Notes under the pieces: generated by a model
The model's input: the letters and a program-made list of their open reading frames with translations, nothing else
Database searches by the model: none
What the model was told of the DNA's origin: nothing
Source: Obrimoposthia wandeli
Taxonomy: Eukaryota
Direction of reading: 5' to 3'
Assembly (NCBI GenBank): GCA_977020255.1
Contig: CDROCS010002027.1
Coordinates: forward strand, 186,001 to 250,000
Length of the DNA: 64,000 bases
Translations under genes and position numbers: made by a program
Part shown: positions 50,484-60,288 of the stretch, one piece after another
How positions within the stretch are numbered: the stretch's first letter is position 1
How the letters are laid out: the number at the start of each line of letters is the position of its first letter

Positions 50484-51116
50484 GTGATCAATTTGAAAAC
50501 TATCCACCTTGCCCTACTGTCAATATTTATTTTGCTACTGACAGGCTGCACAGCAATGAATAAAAAAGAGTGTATTAGTGCCAATTGGCATGCTGTTGGT
50601 CAAACAGATGCAGAGCGCGGAAAATCCACCTCAAATATCACAACCTATGGTAAACAGTGCGCCAAACACAGTGTTATTCCTAATCAGGATCACTACAATG
50701 CTGGCCATAAAGAAGGGACTAAACTGTATTGTACAAAAGACAGTGGGTTTAAAGTAGGCAAGAAAGGGAAATCATACAATGGGATATGCCCAACTAATAC
50801 CGAAGCCACCTTCAAGGAAGGATACAGTATTGGTAATGAATACTACGTTGTGATTAAAGAAAAAGATGCTTTGAAATACACTATTAACAGAGCTAAGAGA
50901 AAAGCTAAAAAAATCATTAAAAGTGTAGCAAACATTAAAGACGAAGCCAGAAAGAGCAGCACCACAAATGAAAGAAGAAGCGCGCTTCGTGAAGAATTGA
51001 TTGATAAACGGGTAGAAGCTAAAACCATCCTTAATGAGAATCAGGCCGCTGAAGTAAAGCTAGCGGTTCAAGAATACAAATATACAGAGTTAGTAAAGAA
51101 ATACGGGTACCAGTAG
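50484..51116 (+). CDS. DUF2799 lipoprotein
   Basis: Lipobox LLTGC, C..ANW..VG..D..G, Y..G...G...YCT...G...G. Confidence 0.85.
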   Translation: MINLKTIHLALLSIFILLLTGCTAMNKKECISANWHAVGQTDAERGKSTSNITTYGKQCAKHSVIPNQDHYNAGHKEGTKLYCTKDSGFKVGKKGKSYNGICPTNTEATFKEGYSIGNEYYVVIKEKDALKYTINRAKRKAKKIIKSVANIKDEARKSSTTNERRSALREELIDKRVEAKTILNENQAAEVKLAVQEYKYTELVKKYGYQ

Positions 51117-51321
51117 AGTATTTTTTTGATTGCTACTTTCTCATGATGTAAAGCTATTAAGGCGAACAGCGATAATAGCTTTATATCTCTGCCCAACATC
51201 CATTTAGCGACAGCAACTAATACGATCAGTTAGCATAATGCCCAGTTATAAAATTATAGGCTACGGTTTGGGTTTGAGGAAATATTTTTCGTACCATTTA
51301 TCATTATTGTTGTATCCGCTG

Positions 51322-51824
51322 TTAACAATTTTTCTTACCATCAAGTTTATAACCTAGTCGTGTACACGATGGTTTAGGTTTTAAGTTAGAAACATCAATT
51401 TCAATGACTTGGGCACTAATATATTTTTCGGCGTTTAAACGAGCGATTGAAACTCGATGATTTCCATCTTCTACAAAATAAGCTTCACCTACTTTGTATA
51501 GCAATACAGGTGGTAACTTAACCCCTTTATATTGTGCCTTTGCCACATTCACCCAACGAGTGCCACTTGAACTATGGCGAGGATTGTAGGCTAGGTCAAA
51601 ATCATTAAGCCTGCCACTATTTCCCACAATTTTTTCTATCGGGATAACTTGAAGCCCAAGCTGAAACTGAGCCTGTGTCTTTATGTATTGAAAGACCTCT
51701 TGGAAGAAAGCAAATCATTACATCCTCGACCTAACCATTGACGGGCATTACGCCAAAAAGCTTGACTCAATGCCTTTTGGTAGTCGCTCTGGGCTTGGGT
51801 TTCAGGATTAATGTAGCTTAGCAT
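51322..51824 (-). pseudogene. ParB/Sulfiredoxin-fold protein split by a 1-nt deletion near 51704 (or a sequencing error)
   Basis: Adding one T joins MLSYINPETQ...NDLLS to FQEVFQYIKTQAQFQLGLQVIPIEKIVGNSGR...LPPVLLYKVGEAYFVEDGNHRVS (167 aa). Confidence 0.8.
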
Positions 51825-52006
51825 TGCTACCCTTTTGTCTTTAATATACTGAATACGACGTGGTAAAAAAATAATTTCCGACTTTATTATCCATTTGATA
51901 TCTATAGCAATTTTAATAACTATACTCTTCATTACCTAAACATAAAACTAGCCCCGCTAAATAGTTACGAATTGTAAAATGATGATTATTGCTAACTTAC
52001 AATTAA

Positions 52007-52036
52007 AAAAGGCGAACCAGAACTGGTTCGCCTTTT
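52007..52036. terminator. Bidirectional intrinsic terminator downstream of the TRAP operon
   Basis: AAAAGGCGAACCAG-aa-CTGGTTCGCCTTTT. Confidence 0.75.
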
Positions 52037-52238
52037 GGTTATTTTCTTAAAAAGCCAACCAACTTAATTGCATGGCCCATGACTGTAGCAAGAACAAACG
52101 TTGTGAGCGCTTTAGGAAACGTAAGTGAGGTAAATCAATATTAACTTTCCACACTTACAAACCTATATCTTAACAACTTTATTTAGAAACCCACTTACTT
52201 AGCTATCTACCATCTTTTAAAAATCATCAAAAATAATT

Positions 52239-54905
52239 TTAAAAGTTTAGTGATATATCCCTATGCACGGAAAGACAACTAGCAATACTTTTCGCTTGCG
52301 CAAGTGTTAGTTTATCTTGCAGTCTTATGCCAATAGTAAACTTAATCGCTGAATCGTATTTATTAAGAGCCGGCAGTAATTGCGTGGCTGCTTTTTTACG
52401 CCATTCAATTTCAGTTGTTAAAAGCTTAAGTGCTTTATTAAACTCGGTCATTGCTTTTTCAGTTTTAACTTTCTTCAATGCTCTGCGAGCTTTAGAAAGC
52501 TTAGTTTTAATTGCACTTGTTGCAGCAATAGAGCCTAACTGACGCTCAACACCTTTAATAACTTCCATGGCAGGTTTCGCTTCTGCCTTAGACGTTACGC
52601 CAAGAATAACTTGTTTAAGCTCTAAAACAGTTGATTCCATTGCAGCAAGCTCTTGGGCTGCAGCAATTGTTTTTGTCATTTCAACAATAGGCTCATAGGC
52701 ACCATCAACGTTATTCCGATACTGGCTACGTGCTTTCTTCAAAGTACCCGCTAACAACTCAAACTGCGCTCTCTGCTCTTTCCATTGCGCAGGGATTTGT
52801 GTTTCTAACTGTTTTTTGTCAACTAACATTTGCGCGTTAGCAATTGTAAGTTTAGCCACTAATGCATCTTGTTCTGTATCTCCTTTTGCACGTGAAATTA
52901 TTTTCAGGTTTTGCTTGGTTTTCTTGTCAATAGCACGAATTTTCTTTTGGATAGTACGTACTTTAATGTGCAAAGGTCGGTAACCGGGTGAAAACTCTTC
53001 CAGAGCTTGTTCTGCTATTTCAATATCTTTGACCAGCGCAAACGTATTAGCAGCTTTATCAAAACCTTCAGATAAGCCCTGCTTTTGTTTTTTAGGCAAA
53101 TAGCTGATGTCTATTGCTTTTACATCATTTATGCTCGCACGCAGCGCGTCTCCTGTGGTTTCATATTGATTAAAGACAAAATTTTCCAAACAGCCTTGAA
53201 TACGAGGGTTCATAGGCGGAGGTGCTGTCGCGGAAGTTAAAGCCGTTCGATTAGGTAAATAGTTAACTAATGGTGGATATGTTCCGGCGATAATTAGCGC
53301 AACTATTTGTAAACCAATAAACGCGATAGCCCCTTTATAAATATCAAGAGTCCTTACCACTTTAGGTGCTACACCCCTTAAATAAAATAGGGCAAAGCCA
53401 AAGGGGGGTGTTAAGAAAGATGTTTGGATATTTAAACCAATCATAACCCCTAACCACACCGCTGTAATGTTAGCACTAGGGTCCGCCATTAATATTGGCG
53501 CAACGATAGGCACTACAACAACGGCAATCTCAATAAAGTCGAGAAAGAAACCCAGTAAAAAGATCACAATCATAACGACGACAAATTGCGTCCAAAAACC
53601 ACCGGGCAAGCTAGTTAAAAACTCTTTAACTAAATGCTCTCCACCAAAGCCACGAAATGCTGTCGTCAACATCGCCGCACCAATGAGTATGATAAATACC
53701 ATTGAGGTTGTTTTAGCCGTTTCAATCATCACTTCTTGCAGTGTATTTTGAACTTTGAAAGTACGCCAAGCACTCCAAGTTACCGCTATTAACAAACCTA
53801 TAACCGCGATAACGGCTAGTATGATACCGAATTCATCTCCCTCTGATTTAGAGCTCTTGATGTTCAAGTCATAATTTGAGGTTAATACACCAATAGCCAA
53901 TATTGAAAGTAGTGCTAGTATTGCCGGATAATAACGGTTTTTCTGCTCTCCGACTAACCGGTAGCCTCCCATTATCATTGCGCCTACAGCGCCTATCGCT
54001 CCCGCTTGGTTAACAGTTGCAATACCTAAGATAATTGACCCTAATACAATAAAGATCAAACCTAAAGGAGGTACTAATGCAAATAACACCGTCTTTAAAA
54101 ACTGTCTATCGTATTTTCCTTCAAAGGGTACTGGCGGAGCTAGTGACGGTTTTATTAATGCTGTCACTAAAATATAGAGAATATAGATACCCACTAATAT
54201 TGCACCAGGTACCATCGCGCCCATAAACATATCGCCTGCGCTAGCAGATGCGATGTCATAGGTTGAAGGCATGGTTAATTCGCCGGTTATTTCTTTATAG
54301 TCTGCTTTACGGATAGTGGCTGCTTGATCTGCAGCACTTGAAAGTTGATCGGCTAAAATAATTAGCACGATAGACGGAGGTATAATTTGCCCTAAGGTTC
54401 CCGATGCACAAATAATACCTGAAGCGAGTGGTTTTGAATAATTGTTGCGCAGCATTGCAGGCATAGAAATTAAGCCCATTGCGATAACCGTTGCGCCCAC
54501 AATACCAGTGGTTGCTGCTAATAAAGCCCCCACAATAACCACTGAAATACCTAATCCACCTGGAACAGGTCCAAAAAGCTGGGCCATAGCGACCAGTAAA
54601 TCTTCAGCAATTTTTGAGCGCTGTAACATAATCCCCATGAAAATAAAGAGAGGGATTGCAATTAACGTATCTCGCTCTACATCCCAATATAAACTTCGTA
54701 TATTAGTGACCCCGGCACTGAGCCATTGAACAGGCCCTCCTTGAGCAAAATATGCATCTGGATTACCGGCGAAAAGCCAGCCACACAAGGCGGCGAGTGA
54801 TATTGCTAAAATGGCGGAACCCGGCAGCGCAAAAGCTACTGGGAAGCCTGAAGTTAGTGCTACTATCATCAACAGCACTAGCAGTAAAAGGAAAAACAAT
54901 TCCAT
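52239..54905 (-). CDS. dctM: TRAP transporter large permease with ~340-aa C-terminal soluble extension
   Basis: LIAIPLFIFMG, SGTLGQIIPPS, FLTPPFGFALFYL. Confidence 0.92.
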   Translation of the reverse strand: MELFFLLLLVLLMIVALTSGFPVAFALPGSAILAISLAALCGWLFAGNPDAYFAQGGPVQWLSAGVTNIRSLYWDVERDTLIAIPLFIFMGIMLQRSKIAEDLLVAMAQLFGPVPGGLGISVVIVGALLAATTGIVGATVIAMGLISMPAMLRNNYSKPLASGIICASGTLGQIIPPSIVLIILADQLSSAADQAATIRKADYKEITGELTMPSTYDIASASAGDMFMGAMVPGAILVGIYILYILVTALIKPSLAPPVPFEGKYDRQFLKTVLFALVPPLGLIFIVLGSIILGIATVNQAGAIGAVGAMIMGGYRLVGEQKNRYYPAILALLSILAIGVLTSNYDLNIKSSKSEGDEFGIILAVIAVIGLLIAVTWSAWRTFKVQNTLQEVMIETAKTTSMVFIILIGAAMLTTAFRGFGGEHLVKEFLTSLPGGFWTQFVVVMIVIFLLGFFLDFIEIAVVVVPIVAPILMADPSANITAVWLGVMIGLNIQTSFLTPPFGFALFYLRGVAPKVVRTLDIYKGAIAFIGLQIVALIIAGTYPPLVNYLPNRTALTSATAPPPMNPRIQGCLENFVFNQYETTGDALRASINDVKAIDISYLPKKQKQGLSEGFDKAANTFALVKDIEIAEQALEEFSPGYRPLHIKVRTIQKKIRAIDKKTKQNLKIISRAKGDTEQDALVAKLTIANAQMLVDKKQLETQIPAQWKEQRAQFELLAGTLKKARSQYRNNVDGAYEPIVEMTKTIAAAQELAAMESTVLELKQVILGVTSKAEAKPAMEVIKGVERQLGSIAATSAIKTKLSKARRALKKVKTEKAMTEFNKALKLLTTEIEWRKKAATQLLPALNKYDSAIKFTIGIRLQDKLTLAQAKSIASCLSVHRDISLNF

Positions 54906-54933
54906 GAATATGCCCTTATTATTCTATTCGTTC

Positions 54934-56007
54934 TTAGTACGCTGGAGTTTGAGTTGGGTTTTCCAATTCAGGTTCATTGCGTAACTCAGCGATATTGCTT
55001 AGCAAATAACTACAAAACTGCACCATCATAGATAGTGAAAATATAACTAGATAACCGACCATCATATATTTTATATATAAACCATAACCACTTTGGGAGA
55101 TCTCAAAACTGATCAATGGGCTATTAATACTATTACCTTTGCCCCACATCCCCATCGTTAAAATGACCCAACACAAAGGAATTCCCAGCAACAGTAAACC
55201 AAGAGTATTTGACCAAGCTTTGGTTTTTTTAGTAAATCCAGCATAGAGAACATCCACACGTACATGCCCATCGGCAACTAAAGTATGCGAGCTGGCAAAC
55301 AAAAATAATGCCGCATACCAAAAACGCACCAGATCACCCATAAACGCTTGTTCATAAGAAAAAATAAAACTGAGTAAAACGATTTTAAATTCAGCAATCA
55401 CCACTAGTAATGCTAACCATGTAAACCCTAAAGAGCGCGTAAACAAAGCGATAACCATTGCCAAACCCATTAGCGGGTAATGTATATTCGTGCCTCTTTC
55501 TACTGGTCGGCCTAGGGAATTAATGCTTTCGGTATCCATAAAATAATGCAGCAGATCTTCTACACGTAGAAACGAGATAGCCATGTCTACCAGACCAACT
55601 AAAAAAACCGCCCAAAAGGACGCTCTAATGATGTAGCGTGCAAATGCAGATAATGTTTGTGCATCAGCTCTTAGTTGTCTACCTGGAGTGAGCGCAATAA
55701 AACTAGCCACAAACATAACGGCGCCAATATAACTCAGGGTTTGCCACCAGCCTAACTGCATTGCTTGTTCAGTTAATGCCGTTCTTGGGGCCTGTAACCC
55801 AAACCACTGTAATTGGGATAAATATTCCAACATGCTCGGCCATTTCAGCCAATAAGTTAAGTACACATTGAATAAAAATACTAAAGTAATTGAGACAATT
55901 GAACCGGCAATTAATCGGTAAAATTTATCTAATTTTGAATTGGATTTATACGAGGTATAGGATGAGTCATTTGAAAGCTCATCTTCAGAAATTGTTGATT
56001 CATTCAT
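54934..56007 (-). CDS. dctQ: TRAP small permease, N-terminally extended
   Basis: DLVRFWYAALFLF...HTL..DGHVRVDVLY. Confidence 0.85.
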   Translation of the reverse strand: MNESTISEDELSNDSSYTSYKSNSKLDKFYRLIAGSIVSITLVFLFNVYLTYWLKWPSMLEYLSQLQWFGLQAPRTALTEQAMQLGWWQTLSYIGAVMFVASFIALTPGRQLRADAQTLSAFARYIIRASFWAVFLVGLVDMAISFLRVEDLLHYFMDTESINSLGRPVERGTNIHYPLMGLAMVIALFTRSLGFTWLALLVVIAEFKIVLLSFIFSYEQAFMGDLVRFWYAALFLFASSHTLVADGHVRVDVLYAGFTKKTKAWSNTLGLLLLGIPLCWVILTMGMWGKGNSINSPLISFEISQSGYGLYIKYMMVGYLVIFSLSMMVQFCSYLLSNIAELRNEPELENPTQTPAY

Positions 56008-56136
56008 ATTATAGCGCCAGACTAGTACAAAAATTAAACCTTAGCTGGATAAACTAAGTGCCTTTGTAATATCCATTTACTCAGTAAGTTAAACAGTCAC
56101 CTAAGTCAGATAGTAACTTAAGATAGGTATGAAACG

Positions 56137-56164
56137 AATATGCGAGGCAGTAGCCTCGCATATT
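56137..56164. terminator. 12-bp hairpin after the TRAP SBP gene
   Basis: AATATGCGAGGC-agta-GCCTCGCATATT. Confidence 0.6.
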
Positions 56165-56176
56165 AAACAGCGTTTT

Positions 56177-57271
56177 TTATAGATCAAGTACACGGTTACG
56201 TTGGCGTACGTAAGCTTGATCAGATAGTTTAGCCCATCCACCAACAGTAGTACGTGAAGCAACGAAGCTTTCGTGGATACGATTAGCTAGATCACTATGT
56301 GATTTAACTGTTTCAAATACTTCATCAGCCGCTTCGCCGAATGCATCATAAATGTCATCATTGAATTCGCGAAGCTTAACGCCTTGCTCATTCACTAACT
56401 TCTCTAAGAACTGACCGTTCTTAGCATTGTATTCAGCCATCATTACATCATTTTCCATAGATGATGCAGCTTCGATCATTAACTGATCAGCTTTAGATAG
56501 CCCTTTCCACCATTCATTATTCATGCCGATTGCAAGCATTGCGCCTGGCTCATGCATACCTGGGAAGTAGTAGTACTTAGCAGCTTCATAGAATTTCATG
56601 ATGCTGTCATTCCAAGGACCAACCCACTCAGTTGCATCAATAGCACCTGACACTAAGTTTTCATAAATCTGGCCACCAGGAAGTGATACTGGAGATCCAC
56701 CTAGTTTAGCTAATACGTCACCACCAAGACCTGGCATACGCATTTTCAAACCTTTAAAGTCATCAACAGAGTTGATTTCTTTACGGAACCAACCGCCCAT
56801 TTGCACACCAGTATTACCACACATAAGGCCTTTAAGACCATATTCTGCAGATAACTCGTCCCACAATTGCTGCCCGCCACCAAAGCGAATCCAAGCATTC
56901 ATTTCAGTGTAAGTTAGTCCGAAAGGTACTGATGTAAAATATGCGAAACCAGGGTGCTTACCTTTCCAGTAATATTCTGCCGCATGGTACATGTGTGCGT
57001 TACCTGAAGCGACTTCATCAAAAGAGTCAAATGCTTTAACTCTCTCATTTGCTGCAAAATAATTAACCTGGATTCGTCCATCACTCATATCTGACAAGCG
57101 CTGCGCAAAACGTTGTGCACCCGTACCTAGACCTGGGAAATCTCTACCCCAAGTAGCTACCATGTTAATTTCCATACGCTCTTTAGCAATGGCTGGTGCT
57201 GAAATAGCTGTCGCAGCAGCAACACCACCAAGACCTACTAAACCAGTTTTTAAAAGATCACGTCTTTTCAT
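56177..57271 (-). CDS. dctP: TRAP substrate-binding protein (TakP-like, twin-arginine signal)
   Basis: MKRRDLLK, GNTGVQMGGWF, GLKMRMPGLGG, IDATEWVGP. Confidence 0.93.
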   Translation of the reverse strand: MKRRDLLKTGLVGLGGVAAATAISAPAIAKERMEINMVATWGRDFPGLGTGAQRFAQRLSDMSDGRIQVNYFAANERVKAFDSFDEVASGNAHMYHAAEYYWKGKHPGFAYFTSVPFGLTYTEMNAWIRFGGGQQLWDELSAEYGLKGLMCGNTGVQMGGWFRKEINSVDDFKGLKMRMPGLGGDVLAKLGGSPVSLPGGQIYENLVSGAIDATEWVGPWNDSIMKFYEAAKYYYFPGMHEPGAMLAIGMNNEWWKGLSKADQLMIEAASSMENDVMMAEYNAKNGQFLEKLVNEQGVKLREFNDDIYDAFGEAADEVFETVKSHSDLANRIHESFVASRTTVGGWAKLSDQAYVRQRNRVLDL

Positions 57272-57990
57272 GAAGACAAACTCCTAATTATTATTGTTTA
57301 CCGAAATCGGTATTTTTATCACTGACTGTAATATATCTGTAAAAATATATTACTGCCCTATAACTGCATCAGTACATCAGAATTATCATACAGAGTAAAT
57401 TAGTTTTTTAAATACACTCCCCAGTGTTTTTTATAACTAATCGACAAAAAACCATAGAAACCACTTCTAAAAACCTAAGAAATAGTCTTAGTTTAATTCT
57501 CGTAGAGTGATTGTTACTTTTTCACCAAAATAATTCACCCCTTTATATCTACTACTTTAGTCGTAGACAGAGCAAGATAACCTAAGTATCTGAATTAATT
57601 GTACCTCATGTTATCAACTTACCAAGTAATAACAACAGCTCAAGAAAATCTTCACTAGCTTCACCACCATTAGGTCATTTATTTTTTATTAAAACTAATG
57701 CTTTTTAAAGTTGTTTAAATTCGATATGCTTTTGTGGGTTCTTAATGTGATATTAATTAGATCTCTATTAAAAGCTTTTCAAAGTTGTTAATTAATACAA
57801 AAGACAATAGCTTCAAGTTAAGCTAAAACATGTGGCTTCGAAAAACAAAGCGATTGCTAATTCGTTCGTTTTCGAGATAGACATATTGTGGTTATCAAAG
57901 AGGCAAAATCATGACAGGGCCTATATCGACACCTATTCATCAATCGAATTTATCGCAAATAATGGACCTACAAAGGGTGCATTACATTGA

Positions 57991-58380
57991 GGTTTTAAGA
58001 TAGGCGCGGTAGATTATATTACTAAGCCATTACACCCTGTTATTGTAAGCATTGGATTGAGTATTCATTTGAGCTTTGAACGATCAAAGAGTTCTCTTAG
58101 AGAACATCTCCAAACAGCGCATTTGTGAGTGACACAATTCGTACCAGGAAATTATTGACTACATCGATCTCGCTCTGGATTTAAAGATATTAAAACTGGT
58201 ATACGCACTATTTAGAAGAGCTATTATGCAAAATTTATCACCCGAGCTTCTAGCACAGATGCTGACCGGATTGAGCTAATTTATCAAGTCTTGCAAGCAC
58301 TCTGTTGCAAAGAAGATATAACCGATTCTGTATTGCTTAATCTGGTAAGCGAGATGAAGAGCGGTGGAACACCTTTGTGA
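57991..58380 (+). pseudogene. Relic REC plus HD-GYP (RpfG-like) gene
   Basis: 57991-58128 reads GFKIGAVDYITKPLHPVIV...IHL; 58177-58380 reads FKDIKTGIRTI*KSYYAK...IELIYQ...DITDSVLL; stops and frame changes present. Confidence 0.65.
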
Positions 58381-58666
58381 ACGGTTGCCAATAATATGTC
58401 AAAAGCAGAATGGTTTGGGCTACTCTAAATCTGAATAGCAAGTAACTCTGATAACAGCCAGAGTTGTTGCCATCACTGATTTTTAAGCTCTACGATCAGC
58501 TCCCTTACCAAATGCTTGACTAGTTTCTGATAGAGTTATCTTCAAAAAGATAGTACTAATTATCACATTGATTCTGTATTGGTGAATCCTTTTATCGACG
58601 ATTCACCTCAATTACTCGTTATTAGGCAAACAGTAGCAAAATTTATGAACCTCCTTTATGCACTTT

Positions 58667-60190
58667 TTAAAAAGGTGCTATAAAACTTGAACTCTGCCTA
58701 GCTAATACTTGTTTGTTATCGACTGATTTAACCACAAAACTGATACTGTTGTTAGAAGATGTTACAGCTTCATTGTTTATGCGCACTCTTACCATCAATG
58801 TATCCACTTCGCCTCTGGGTACATATATCGTTGGATCACTACTAATAACAAAGTGCTTATCAGCTTCTAGCTGCAGAGTGAATGAATTAGTTAAGGCTGC
58901 TTTATTGTTAATTTTTACGGTATATATATTTTCAATAGCTGAGTCTACTTGCTGATATAAGTTACCACTTCTATCGCGTATAACATCTATGCTCAACACA
59001 TCCCTTGTATAGACAGCATACATAAACATACTACAAATAATAACACTCGACATAGTAAGTAAAAGTGTTTTTGGTTTAAGCCAAGCACTGCCTACAGTCT
59101 GTGCATTCTCTTGAGAGCTAAATTTAATTAACCCTGGGGCTAAGCCCATTTTTTCCATAACATTGTCACAAGCATCAATACACAAACCACAATCAATACA
59201 GGGATACTGCAAACCATCGCGAATATCTATATCTACAACGCAAACCTGTACACACAAAGAACAATCGACACAATCACCTTGTGCACTATTCACTAGCTCT
59301 TCTTTTTTACGCTTCCCGCGATTTTCCCCACGTTGCGCATCATAAGTAACCACTAAAGTATCTTTAGTATACATCACCGCTTGCAGCCTGGCGTAAGGGC
59401 ACATGTGTAAACACACCTTCTCTCTTAACCAACCTGCATTTAGGTAGGTACCCAGCACAAAGATTAGCAACCAAAAAGCACCTAAAGAATTCATTTGCAA
59501 ATTTACTGTATCTGCAACTAGTGGCTTAATTTCATAAAAATAGCCAACAAAGGTATAAGCTGTCACTAAGGACACAAGCACCCATAGAATATGCTTTAAT
59601 GCTTTACGATATAATTTTTTCCAACTCCACGGTTGCTTATCTAACTTAATACGCTGGTTACGGTCACCTTCACACTTCTCTTCTATCCAAATAAAGAAGA
59701 AAGTCCAAACCGTTTGCGGACAAGTAAAGCCGCACCATACTCTGCCAATAACCACTGTAGCTGCGATCAACAAAAAAACAGCTAACACTAACAGCCATAT
59801 AAGAAAAACTGCGTCTTGCGGCCAAAAGGTTAAACTGAATATATGAAATTTTTGTTGCTCAAGATCGAACAACACCGCAGGTCTGCCTGAAACTTCAAAC
59901 CAGGGAAGTAACATGAAAATGCCGACTAACATGAAACTCAAATACTTTCGTAACTTTTGAAAAAAACCATCCACACTTTTAGTGTAAATTTTACCTTGAT
60001 AAATATCTGTGCCGAACAGGGAGATTGATTTTGGAAATTTGAATAAACGATCAACGAAACGGCTTTTATAAGGAATATTACTTTCAATATAAGCTTGATC
60101 ATCACTTAACATATTTATCAGTGGAATTTTATCAGACATTTTTTGCATTCGCGCATTAGAAGGAGTAGATGCTATTTTAATCTGATTCAC
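58667..60190 (-). CDS. ccoG: Second CcoG/FixG-family 4Fe-4S membrane protein
   Basis: GRVWCGFTCPQ, CLHMCPYARLQ, CVDCSLCVQVC, CIDCGLCIDAC. Confidence 0.9.
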   Translation of the reverse strand: MNQIKIASTPSNARMQKMSDKIPLINMLSDDQAYIESNIPYKSRFVDRLFKFPKSISLFGTDIYQGKIYTKSVDGFFQKLRKYLSFMLVGIFMLLPWFEVSGRPAVLFDLEQQKFHIFSLTFWPQDAVFLIWLLVLAVFLLIAATVVIGRVWCGFTCPQTVWTFFFIWIEEKCEGDRNQRIKLDKQPWSWKKLYRKALKHILWVLVSLVTAYTFVGYFYEIKPLVADTVNLQMNSLGAFWLLIFVLGTYLNAGWLREKVCLHMCPYARLQAVMYTKDTLVVTYDAQRGENRGKRKKEELVNSAQGDCVDCSLCVQVCVVDIDIRDGLQYPCIDCGLCIDACDNVMEKMGLAPGLIKFSSQENAQTVGSAWLKPKTLLLTMSSVIICSMFMYAVYTRDVLSIDVIRDRSGNLYQQVDSAIENIYTVKINNKAALTNSFTLQLEADKHFVISSDPTIYVPRGEVDTLMVRVRINNEAVTSSNNSISFVVKSVDNKQVLARQSSSFIAPF

Positions 60191-60198
60191 TCATAGGT

Positions 60199-60236
60199 AC
60201 AGATACACAAAAAACTATATTTTAGTGCACAGATAC
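60199..60236. promoter_or_regulatory. ACAGATAC direct repeats 30 bp apart; candidate MocR operator
   Basis: ACAGATAC at 60199-60206 and 60229-60236 in the short divergent intergenic region. Confidence 0.55.
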
Positions 60237-60288
60237 GTAATAATACCGCCTGTCCCTATCTTTTCTAACCAATGTGTACCTACTTTTT

